From assembly GCA_004431415.1 (NCBI GenBank), contig QPMI01000645.1:122545-186544 (forward strand): 64,000 bases of DNA, read 5' to 3'. A model generated the notes under the pieces. That model made no database searches. It saw only the letters and a program-made list of their open reading frames with translations, and had not been told where the DNA came from. Shown in pieces: positions 9,500 through 19,069 of this stretch. A program made the position numbers and the translations under genes. The first letter of the stretch is position 1. Each line of letters starts with the position of its first letter. This stretch comes from Cyanophora paradoxa CCMP329 (lineage: Eukaryota; Plantae; Glaucophyta).

Positions 9500-12400
9500 A
9501 TGAGCTTCAATTACCCACCAAATCTAGAAACCATTCAAGATGATAATGCAAGCAGCACCAAGCATGTGAACTTTGATAATATTAAAGTAAAGGGTTCAGT
9601 TTCAATTGACCACAGCTCTGATAATTCATCAAAGACTCAATCAAGGGAGCATGCTTTATCTGTGAATCAAACCGATCCAGATAAAGAGGATGTCAGTGTA
9701 GCCTTTAGTTTGGGTAATGTGAAAGCAAACCAAGTGGCAGAGATCAAAGCAACAAGAAGGAGACCTAGGAAACTAAAAACCAGTGGCACTCACCCAGATA
9801 TACCTTCCAGGTTCGATAGTGGTCGATTGATTTTCAATGTTCAAGATGAGCAGGGCAAACAGAACACAGCTTTGCGAATTTACAATGAGGGCAGCACTGC
9901 AAAAGCTGAGGTCCCCCAAGTATTGCAAGTGGGTCCCATTGCCAATACAAATCAGGTCTCCTACACAAATGATGTCTACCCCAAGGATATTACTTATGAC
10001 TTTGCAAGAAATGAGCCTTTTGGTTTCTTTACTCCAAAAGATGTCCATCAAAAAAAGCCATCAATTACAATCAACAGTAGCCCCAGTCAACCAGTAGCAA
10101 TCCATTTACATCCTGATTTAGTCGAAATGGATAGGCACCTTTTGCCTTTGTATAGCAATGTGAAAGACCTTGGAATTAGAACCAGGCAATGGCGAAATAT
10201 CCATGGCAGCAATGTGTATGCAAATGGTGAGAAGCTTGTTAGTGAGAAAACCCTAAGAGAAATCATTGAGCATTATGGTCCCAATGGACCTACTGTCCCA
10301 TTCCCTATTCCATTTCCCAATGGACCACCCGATTTAACACCAAAGAAGCAGCCTGGAAGAGAATACACAGCAACTGAAGATGTAGCCTTTGGGCAGCATA
10401 TTGTTAGTTGGGAGCAAGTTCGCAATAAACCTATAATTGAACCCAGAAAGCAAATAGATGAGCAGTATTTACCTCCTGAAGTCGATATATTAGAGCTTGA
10501 TGAATATCAATTCGTTCCAGATGAGGAGGAGTATTTACCAGATGGTTTTGACCCACAAGAATATGAATATGATCAGTTTGATCCCAATGAGGAGGAGATA
10601 CTACCAGATGGCTTAGATCCACAAGAGTTTGAGTATGAGCAGAACTATGAACCTGATGAGGAGTATTTACCAGATGGTCATGATCCACCAGCTGTTGATT
10701 ATGAGCAACCATATGAACCCCATGAAGAATTATTACCTGATGGATTTCGCCCAGAGATTTGGGAATTCTTTCCAGATTATGAACAAATTAATAATAAACC
10801 AGCAAAGTTTCCCCCAGAGGATCACAACCATGATTGGGATGAGATCTTAGGCAAACCTGAAAAGTTTCCACCAGAAGACCATAGACACACTTGGGATCAA
10901 ATCGATGCACCAGAAGAGTTTCCACCAGCACCACATAGACACAATTGGAACCAAATCGACCAGCAACCTACATTCGCATCAGCAGGTGATGCTGTCAATG
11001 ATGGGCTACATGGTGTGAGTCTCTATAAGAATATAGACACAGAGGAAAGATTAATGTTAGATACGTATTACGTCAATCGTCACGGAATAAATGCAGGCAC
11101 CACAATGGAAGGCGAATTATATATCAGACCACCTACACGAGTTAATTTAGTTGCAGCAGGTGGAGGTATTGGAGTAATGCAGAATAAACCGGGCATCTAT
11201 CTAACAAGTTACTACCCAGATGACATCCCGATGACAGTTACATTACCACCTATCCCATCTCTTCCAGCCGATCCAATTAATTTTGTAGACAAAGATGCAG
11301 CAATCCAAATTAACGTTACTGATGTAAGCGCTCTTGATGGATCAAGACCAAAGTTAATATTTAGTCGAGATCGGCTCTTACCTGATGATTTAATTGGAGA
11401 TCGAGACGATTATAAGCAATGTGAGATAGGGTGGATTAAAACCAATTATAATGATGTTGATAAGCAAGGGGTCTTGGAAATCAATCAGAGAGCAGCAGCA
11501 AAAAACATACACAACGAAACAATATCACGAGTGGTCACAGAGGATTATTTAGAAAACAAGAATTACATAGATGGAACCGAATTAGCTACGGCTTTGCTTC
11601 CTTTGGCGGCAGTTTCAACTGTCCAATCTTGGTTAGGTAACTACCTTCCCCTCACAGGTGGAACCATAACAGGTAATCTGACAGTCAATGATACATTGAG
11701 TGTAGGTAAAGAGATACACCTAAGTGGAAATCAGTTCGAGAGAGGATCCCAAGATTTCTCTACATATAATCCAAGGGAAATAGCAGATTGCCTACTTCAC
11801 TTTAACGCAAACTCTGATAATTGGAAGAGTGGAGCGCTTGTTTATGAACTCAAAAATTACGCAAGGGGCGGCTCAGTTTGGAATTATATTAATGTAGTTA
11901 ACACTCTTGTTAGTTACGGCAGTGTTACTTTCAGCTTCCTCGGTCCAAATAGTAAAAAGTTCTACCAGGTGGCTACCACAAACACATTTTCATTCATCAA
12001 TTATCAATATCAAACTTCTACTCTTTATGATACTATTCCTTTCAGCGGAATTACGGTCTCATTTGTCATTCGATTTAAACCAAGCGTTCCAAATGAAACA
12101 GTTTTACGAATCGACGGCTCAACACATGTGAATGGAAACAATCTCAGTTGGTTGATTACTAAAACAAGCGGGTATTTGAATGTCAATAAGAATGGCTACG
12201 ATTTAGTGAGCATTCCAATATCAACAACAGAAGGGAATTCTTGGACAATGTTCGATATTCGAGTAACAAGCACAACTGTTCATTTTGGTGTAAATGGAAA
12301 ACATAGAGATACAATATCTGTTCCTGCCGATTCAAGATATCCACGCCAAGATGTCAATAAAATACATGTGGGTGATAGCGTTTCAAAATTCGATTTATGC

Positions 12401-15400
12401 GAACTCCTTTGTTATGGTAGAACCCTTTCAGATACAGAACTACAAAATATTAGATGGTATTTACAGCAAAAATACGGTTTTCCGGAAGACCCTTTAAATC
12501 CATATCCATTGGATAACAACAAGATTCTTGTTAGAACTAATGAGTTTAAAGTAACCGGCATCCTCTTGGCGACGAACGTTATTATGACTACATCAACCTC
12601 AGGCACAGTATCGACTATGAGCCTTCAAGAAAAAACAAATAGCTTGGAAGAGAGTATTTATACACAACAAGAGGCAATTACAGCACTCCAAACTGAGGAT
12701 GCCGCACTTGCAACAAGAATAAATAACATAGAGAGTGATTATACTTCTTCTAATGTGGTTCAAGAATGGACAGCACCTTTAACGGCATCGAATGTAGTTC
12801 AAGAGTGGATAGCACCATTGACTGCATCGAATGTAGTTCAGGAATGGATTGGACCTTTAACAGCATCGAATGTGGTTCAAGAGTGGATTGCGCCATTAAC
12901 TGCATCGAATGTGGTTCAAGGTTGGATACAGAACCACACACCTGCGTGGTCAAATATCACAGATAAACCATTAACTTTTGCTCATGATGCTCATTCTCAC
13001 ACAAAGTCAGAGATAACAGATTTCGCCCATACTCACACAAAAGATCAAATCACAGATTTCGCCCATACACACACCAAAGATCAAATAACAGATTTCGCAC
13101 ATACTCACACAAAAGATCAAATAACAGATTTCGCCCATACTCATTTATGGGAGCATATCACAAATCCTCCGTTAACCTTCCCACCTGATTCACACACTCA
13201 TGATTATTCAGAGATTACAAATAGCAACCACAGGCACCCATGGAGCGAAATAGACGAACAGCCAGTTTTTGCCCAATTGAATGCAATCGGAAACGTTTTT
13301 AATGGAGTCACACTTTACCAATCGAGTAATACACCTGAAAGATTGTATTTGAATGATCATTATGTTAGTCTCAATGGTTCATTTACAGGTGAAACAGGCA
13401 CACCGATGGTGGGAACTCTTGCAGTAAGATTACCCAGGGATCCAATCGTAAATGGAGTGTATAGTGGCGATTTTAATGTAGGAGTAAATGATACTTTCCC
13501 CAGTATCTATGTAACGAATTATCACCCGGGTGAAACAGGACAAGTAGCGGATTTTTCAGCAGCTATTCAAATTAACGTAACAGATCAAAGCGCATATGAT
13601 GGAGCAAGACCTAAAATAGTATTCACAAGGGAGAAAGTTGTAAACTATCTTCCTGTTGTGGGACAACCAAAAGATGATTTCGGGAAATGTGAGATGGCGT
13701 GGATCAAAACATTAGCAGGTGGCGCCCTTGAAGTCAATCAGAGAATGGCGGCAAAAAATTTACACAATGAAACCCTTTCGGGTGTAGTCACAGATGATTA
13801 CCTTGAAAGCAAAAATTATGTAGATGATACAGAACTTGCAGCAGTTCTTGAAGATTATGTGACAAAATCAGAACTTGATGTATATGTGACTGAACCTGAA
13901 CTTAATGTAGCATTATCTAATTATCTTCCTCTCACAGGTGGAACCATCACCAGCAACTTGGTTGTGACAAGCAACCTAACAGTTGGAGGGAAAATACAGA
14001 TGGGAACAGGAAGCATATTTGAGATTAAGAATGATTATTACTATCGAATCACTTCCAATTTTGATCCCGCTTCTAACATTCCCAATTGCCTTTTTGCATG
14101 GAAAGCATCAGGGACAGAAGGGCAATCAGCAACAGGAACTTCCATTTTTAATCGAATCTCATCAAGTATTCCATCACTTCGTGTTATTGGAAGTCCTTAT
14201 TATGCATCAGATATTGCTATTAACAATCAAATGAGTTTAACAATTGAACAAGCTAACAACTTTGCAATATATTCTATTATAACTCGAACTATTGATTACT
14301 CAGCCGGGTTAACCTTTTTCTTTGTTGGAAGATATGGAAGAGCAACAAGTGGGGCAGATTTCCATTTTAGATGTGAGAAATCAGCAGCTCCAAATAGACA
14401 ATTGCGTTATGGAACAGTTACGTGGTCTTCAATTGGTATCAGCTCATTCGTAATTAATGGTGTAAGTCAAACAAGACCTTCATTTACTGTTCCATCTTTT
14501 GCAAATCAATGGTATTACTCTGACCAAACCATAACAGCAGATAGCTACACAGTAGGATTTAATGGAGTTGATATTGGGACAACCACAGGAACCAATTATT
14601 TACCCGATTCAACAGTGAATCTTTTTGGAACGGGTTCTCTCTTTGGAGGTAGCATTGCTGAGATTATTGTATTTAACAGAGCATTAACCGCAGCAGAAAA
14701 ACAAGAAGTAAGGTATTACATTCAACAAATGTATGGTTTCCCCAATACTCAACCAATCTTAACTCGGGAAACTCTTAATATTGTAGGAAAAGACAGATTA
14801 ACACTTAGCAATTTGGAAATACCCACACACACTCACACAAAATCACAAATAACAGATTTTGCCCACACACATTCCCGATTAGAGATTCCAGATTTTGCTC
14901 ATGTTCACACAAAAGATGAGATTTCAGATTTTGACCACACACACACATGGAACAGTATCACAGATAAGCCTTTAACATTCACACCTTCACCACATCCACA
15001 TTTATGGAGCCATATTACGGATAGACCCACCTTAGCAACAGTTGCAACAAGCGGAAATTATGATGATTTAATTAATAAACCAACATATACAGCACCCACA
15101 AATTTCGATGCTACAAGTGGTATTTCCACAGACTACACAGGAGATTGGAGAGGTTACATCGGGCAACCATTGGAGGAGACAGACACTTGGGCAAACACAT
15201 GGGTTGATGGTGATTTTGATTGTAGTAGCTGTAAGATGTATTGGACTGTCCCAGCAGGAATGAAATCATGTTATATCTATTATACCTGTCAGTATAACAG
15301 TAGATACTTTGATGTAGTGGGAATTGATTCATCGACAAATACTTATGTTTATTCAAGAGTAAATGCCTATGCTCCTGCTATTCAGCCTTCTCAATATAAA

Positions 15401-16237
15401 CAGTTTGTTGGAATAAATTGTGAAGGACTTGTTAAAGTTGGTGTTCATGGACAAATAGGAAGAATTTATCTTCCAGGTCCGATTACTGTTGGTTGGAGCA
15501 AAAACCCCGCTGTATCGTCACACAGTGGTTACTTCCATTGGGATAATATCTACGGAAAGCCAACAGCTTCCACAAGTGTCGGTCCTCACTCTCACTCAAA
15601 AGCAGATATCACAGATTTTGCTCATACTCACACAAAGGCAAATATAACAGATTTCGCCCATACTCACACGAAATCAGAAATCACAGATTTCCCAACCTTA
15701 GACCCATTTGTAGCAAATACGATCACAGCAAATAATACCATGTATGTGGGATCCGGTCAAATTTACCAACCAGACTCTCCTTTATTCTACGAACAGTGGT
15801 TCTTCCACAATTCCACGAACATATACGATAAAACGCTATTATGTCGTGGCAATGCTTACGCAAGAGCATACTATGCGATGGATGAAAAAGACAATGGTAA
15901 GATTGCGAAACTTGTCTCAGAACAGCGTGTCAATAAGGATCAGTATATACAGACAGGGAGTTTTTCAAATTCCTTAACAATCGTAGGTCCGGGTCATTGG
16001 GGATTTCCACAAGTTGTCACATTCCCAAAAGCGTTTGCAGAAGCCCCAGCAGTCGTTCTCAATTTAAGAGATGGGTATAATGGTGGTTCATATGTATTGG
16101 TATATGGTGTCACAAGTTCCACAACAACAACATTTACTATTCATGCAACAATTTCGGCAAATAGAGAATACAATGAAAGCATTGGACTTTTCCACTATCA
16201 AATGACTTATATAGCAACAGGGAAGATGATAGCATAG
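9500..16237 (+). CDS. Giant modular fibre/spike protein, 2245 aa (acidic repeats, HxH fibre repeats, two LamG-like modules, C-terminal H-lectin/gp53-like domain)
   Basis: HTHTKDQITDFA repeats, YLPLTGGT twice, ATVATSGNYDDLINKP, LamG-like ends (YLQQKYG, YIQQMYG), terminal VTFPKAFAEAPAVV. Confidence 0.8.
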   Translation: MSFNYPPNLETIQDDNASSTKHVNFDNIKVKGSVSIDHSSDNSSKTQSREHALSVNQTDPDKEDVSVAFSLGNVKANQVAEIKATRRRPRKLKTSGTHPDIPSRFDSGRLIFNVQDEQGKQNTALRIYNEGSTAKAEVPQVLQVGPIANTNQVSYTNDVYPKDITYDFARNEPFGFFTPKDVHQKKPSITINSSPSQPVAIHLHPDLVEMDRHLLPLYSNVKDLGIRTRQWRNIHGSNVYANGEKLVSEKTLREIIEHYGPNGPTVPFPIPFPNGPPDLTPKKQPGREYTATEDVAFGQHIVSWEQVRNKPIIEPRKQIDEQYLPPEVDILELDEYQFVPDEEEYLPDGFDPQEYEYDQFDPNEEEILPDGLDPQEFEYEQNYEPDEEYLPDGHDPPAVDYEQPYEPHEELLPDGFRPEIWEFFPDYEQINNKPAKFPPEDHNHDWDEILGKPEKFPPEDHRHTWDQIDAPEEFPPAPHRHNWNQIDQQPTFASAGDAVNDGLHGVSLYKNIDTEERLMLDTYYVNRHGINAGTTMEGELYIRPPTRVNLVAAGGGIGVMQNKPGIYLTSYYPDDIPMTVTLPPIPSLPADPINFVDKDAAIQINVTDVSALDGSRPKLIFSRDRLLPDDLIGDRDDYKQCEIGWIKTNYNDVDKQGVLEINQRAAAKNIHNETISRVVTEDYLENKNYIDGTELATALLPLAAVSTVQSWLGNYLPLTGGTITGNLTVNDTLSVGKEIHLSGNQFERGSQDFSTYNPREIADCLLHFNANSDNWKSGALVYELKNYARGGSVWNYINVVNTLVSYGSVTFSFLGPNSKKFYQVATTNTFSFINYQYQTSTLYDTIPFSGITVSFVIRFKPSVPNETVLRIDGSTHVNGNNLSWLITKTSGYLNVNKNGYDLVSIPISTTEGNSWTMFDIRVTSTTVHFGVNGKHRDTISVPADSRYPRQDVNKIHVGDSVSKFDLCELLCYGRTLSDTELQNIRWYLQQKYGFPEDPLNPYPLDNNKILVRTNEFKVTGILLATNVIMTTSTSGTVSTMSLQEKTNSLEESIYTQQEAITALQTEDAALATRINNIESDYTSSNVVQEWTAPLTASNVVQEWIAPLTASNVVQEWIGPLTASNVVQEWIAPLTASNVVQGWIQNHTPAWSNITDKPLTFAHDAHSHTKSEITDFAHTHTKDQITDFAHTHTKDQITDFAHTHTKDQITDFAHTHLWEHITNPPLTFPPDSHTHDYSEITNSNHRHPWSEIDEQPVFAQLNAIGNVFNGVTLYQSSNTPERLYLNDHYVSLNGSFTGETGTPMVGTLAVRLPRDPIVNGVYSGDFNVGVNDTFPSIYVTNYHPGETGQVADFSAAIQINVTDQSAYDGARPKIVFTREKVVNYLPVVGQPKDDFGKCEMAWIKTLAGGALEVNQRMAAKNLHNETLSGVVTDDYLESKNYVDDTELAAVLEDYVTKSELDVYVTEPELNVALSNYLPLTGGTITSNLVVTSNLTVGGKIQMGTGSIFEIKNDYYYRITSNFDPASNIPNCLFAWKASGTEGQSATGTSIFNRISSSIPSLRVIGSPYYASDIAINNQMSLTIEQANNFAIYSIITRTIDYSAGLTFFFVGRYGRATSGADFHFRCEKSAAPNRQLRYGTVTWSSIGISSFVINGVSQTRPSFTVPSFANQWYYSDQTITADSYTVGFNGVDIGTTTGTNYLPDSTVNLFGTGSLFGGSIAEIIVFNRALTAAEKQEVRYYIQQMYGFPNTQPILTRETLNIVGKDRLTLSNLEIPTHTHTKSQITDFAHTHSRLEIPDFAHVHTKDEISDFDHTHTWNSITDKPLTFTPSPHPHLWSHITDRPTLATVATSGNYDDLINKPTYTAPTNFDATSGISTDYTGDWRGYIGQPLEETDTWANTWVDGDFDCSSCKMYWTVPAGMKSCYIYYTCQYNSRYFDVVGIDSSTNTYVYSRVNAYAPAIQPSQYKQFVGINCEGLVKVGVHGQIGRIYLPGPITVGWSKNPAVSSHSGYFHWDNIYGKPTASTSVGPHSHSKADITDFAHTHTKANITDFAHTHTKSEITDFPTLDPFVANTITANNTMYVGSGQIYQPDSPLFYEQWFFHNSTNIYDKTLLCRGNAYARAYYAMDEKDNGKIAKLVSEQRVNKDQYIQTGSFSNSLTIVGPGHWGFPQVVTFPKAFAEAPAVVLNLRDGYNGGSYVLVYGVTSSTTTTFTIHATISANREYNESIGLFHYQMTYIATGKMIA
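12742..12930 (+). repeat. 39-bp coding tandem repeat, about 5 copies (TASNVVQEWIAPL)
   Basis: Visible in DNA and protein, with synonymous variation between units. Confidence 0.9.
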
Positions 16238-16277
16238 AATGTCGTTTATTTTTCTATCCTTCTTAGTAAAAGAAGCA

Positions 16278-17131
16278 ATGGGTGAATACAATCGAGTTCA
16301 ACTGCCTATATATTCCCTTGGATCCCCTGCAATGCATTTTCGCCAGCATGAAGTAAATGATGAGGTTCGTGGATTAGAATCCACAGAGAGACCCAATTCC
16401 AATGGTAACTCATTTGACAAAAATTCGATTATTCGAGTTAAAGAGCTGAGAGCTGATAAGAATTCTGGTGTGGTTAAAACAACTCGACTGCTTGTCACAA
16501 ATGCTAACTTCTTCCAGCCTACTAATGGAGGTCCAGATGCTTACAGTGTTGATCTGAAAGCCCTTGATTTCGATAAGAATTCTGCTGCTGTTACTGTGAG
16601 ATCAGGAGGAGCTTTTATTGGTGGAGGTTGCAGAGTTTCAGGTCAGCTTTCATCCTCAATTTCGTATAATGATGTCCCAGATACTCTTGAACAGAATGTG
16701 GATGACCCCCAACGAATTCGTTTCTACACACCTGTTGCACAGCAACCTTTTTGCATTTCTATGTTGCATCCTCTGTAACTCTTGAGAATTCGGAATTAGT
16801 TTCCATTACAGGAACTGATCGAGTAAGAAGAAATATTCCTCTTCCCACTGCAATGCTTTCCATGTGTAGAGCCAATAATAATCAACCAGGACACAACTAC
16901 TTATTCTTTGTTCAAGCTTCGAACCATTTTGGCAGAGGATATTGTGTTTATAACAATTTGACATTTACCTATGATCTGTTTGTCACTGAGGTTGGAGTAT
17001 ACAATACTATGATTATGGGACTGAGAACAGATATAGCAGCTGTATCAGCACTTCGTGGGGTAAATGTTGCTGATATATTCACAACAGGATTTTACCAAGA
17101 ATTAGATGTAATTGATGACCCAACCCCATAA
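16278..17131 (+). CDS. Spike-family paralogue A (frameshift near 16750)
   Basis: Shared N-domain ELRADKNSGVVKTTRLLVTNANF; orthologue at 55626-56468. Confidence 0.75.
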
Positions 17132-17154
17132 AAGATATATCCCTTTAATGTAAA

Positions 17155-17988
17155 ATGGCTGAGCAACCCCCACTTGAACGAATTATTACACCACAGCTAT
17201 CATTAGCTGCCCCAGCAAACCATGTTCTGCAGCATGCTACCTTTGATGATGTAGAGGGTCTCCAATCAACAGAGGTCCAACCTACAATGAACACCTTTGG
17301 TTCCACCCACAAACTGAGATTACAGGAACTCAGGTGTGATAAAAATAATGGTATAGTTAAGACAACTAAGCTACTTGTCACAAATGCAAACTTTTCTGCT
17401 CATTATGGAGACCCAGATAGCTATGGAGATCCTCTGTCTACTTATTCTTTTGAATCTAGGTCGGGAGCTATTAACTGCAAATCGGGGGGAGCTTATATTG
17501 GTGATGGTCTTAGGGTTGGTGGGGCTGTTGGAGCGCCTTTATTTGTGAATGATCAACCCAATCCCATTGATCCCAATACAAGAATTCGAACCTATGTCCC
17601 CAGCATGAATGCCCCCTATATAATCAAAATATTCCCCATTGTAGTAAATGAACAGACAGCAGTAGTAGATTCTCTTGTTGAGATTGGTGACCACTACAAG
17701 GTTGTTGTGGATATTCCACCAGATGTATATGCTGTATGCCAAGTTGAAGGTGGAACTCCCAACTTTGCAGTAGTGATCACCCCATATGATAATTTTGGTA
17801 TTGCTTATCATGGAGTCAATTTCGGTTTGGAAGACTATCAGTTCTTAGTTAGAGCCACCAAGTTTGGTATCTACAAGTGTGTGATGTTTGCAGAGAGAAC
17901 CGATTTTATTGCAAAGCAAAATACCTATGCTGAATACTATGGGACAAATCGATATTTCCCCATTTTCGGGCAGGATACTGCTCCATAA
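17155..17988 (+). CDS. Spike-family paralogue B
   Basis: ELRCDKNNGIVKTTKLLVTNANF; orthologue at 56492-57322. Confidence 0.8.
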   Translation: MAEQPPLERIITPQLSLAAPANHVLQHATFDDVEGLQSTEVQPTMNTFGSTHKLRLQELRCDKNNGIVKTTKLLVTNANFSAHYGDPDSYGDPLSTYSFESRSGAINCKSGGAYIGDGLRVGGAVGAPLFVNDQPNPIDPNTRIRTYVPSMNAPYIIKIFPIVVNEQTAVVDSLVEIGDHYKVVVDIPPDVYAVCQVEGGTPNFAVVITPYDNFGIAYHGVNFGLEDYQFLVRATKFGIYKCVMFAERTDFIAKQNTYAEYYGTNRYFPIFGQDTAP

Positions 17989-18010
17989 GAATATTGGTTA
18001 TATATAGAAT

Positions 18011-18283
18011 ATGGATAGTAAAACAAAAAAGTTTATTGATGCTGCTATGACAGTCCATGGTAAAGATAAATTCGATTACAGTGAGACACATTACATCAAA
18101 GCTCAAGAGAAAGTATCTGTTAGATGTTTGCAGTGTAACAAAGTGATCCTTACCTATCCCTTTAATCATGTGAAGGGATCAGGGTGTAGGGACTGTAATA
18201 AAAGAAAAAGTCAAGCACATAGGAAAAGGGCTACTTCATCAATCACAGTGGAATATAGGGATGTTTGCATTCGGTTCGATTAG
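18011..18283 (+). CDS. Stand-alone HG-x-x-YDY zinc-ribbon protein (single repeat of the 3492-4445 type, no nuclease domain)
   Basis: FIDAAMTVHGKDKFDYSETHY..CLQC..NHVKGSGCRDC. Confidence 0.75.
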   Translation: MDSKTKKFIDAAMTVHGKDKFDYSETHYIKAQEKVSVRCLQCNKVILTYPFNHVKGSGCRDCNKRKSQAHRKRATSSITVEYRDVCIRFD

Positions 18284-18312
18284 GTTTAATTAATTTTTCT
18301 AAGGTATTCTTA

Positions 18313-18711
18313 ATGGAGACTAAATACAGAGGCTTTCATGTTATGCTTGATTACAAAGCTAAATCAGCTATTGCAACAGGACATGAGCATGTTAGCTTCC
18401 TAGGTAATTGGATTATGGGAACCCTTGAACAAGCTATATTGAGACAAGGTATTAGGATTGTTCATAAGCATTGTGAGATATTTGATGGCAAACTATCACC
18501 TCCTGGTTTTGCATTGGTTCTGCTATTAGATGAAAGCCATTGTACAGCTCATTGTTATTCCAATGAAGGCATGTTAGCAATTGATATATTCAGTTGTGGT
18601 AAAGAAGCTCAGCATAAAACACAAGCAGTAGCAGATGAGATCGATAAAACAATGAATTTCCTCACATTTGAGAAGACTGAAAGACATAAACATGATAGAT
18701 TTCCGTTTTAA
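18313..18711 (+). CDS. speD: Pyruvoyl-dependent S-adenosylmethionine decarboxylase-like proenzyme (short prokaryotic type)
   Basis: GFHVMLD, PPGFALVLLLDESHCTAHCY (E/SH self-cleavage site), AIDIFSCG. Confidence 0.9.
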   Translation: METKYRGFHVMLDYKAKSAIATGHEHVSFLGNWIMGTLEQAILRQGIRIVHKHCEIFDGKLSPPGFALVLLLDESHCTAHCYSNEGMLAIDIFSCGKEAQHKTQAVADEIDKTMNFLTFEKTERHKHDRFPF

Positions 18712-19069
18712 TGGGTTTCTATAATGAGTTTTGAAAGGATTCCTTTGTTTTTCAACAATGGATCTACTGTTAGAATATCGAATACTGTTCGATATCCCCA
18801 AGATAGATCTATCGTTAAAAAAAGATATAGTATATCCTTTTTTCTGTATAGATACAATAGAATCTTACAGTAAAACCACAGGGAGGGGGTCATGGGTAAA
18901 GAGAGAAAATGTGATTTATCAATAAAGTCGATAGATATATATGAGAGGCATAGGTAGGGGGTCATGGTTTTTGATCGAGGGTTGATGAAAAGTGAGCAAT
19001 TTACGATTCCTATCGGGCATTGGTAAGGAATCGATCGTAAATTGCTTTGATTATCGATGAGGTCTATTT

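Noticed and set aside
9500-17988. Diversity-generating retroelement acting on fibre genes
   Set aside because: No reverse transcriptase and no template/variable repeat pair with adenine-specific mismatches
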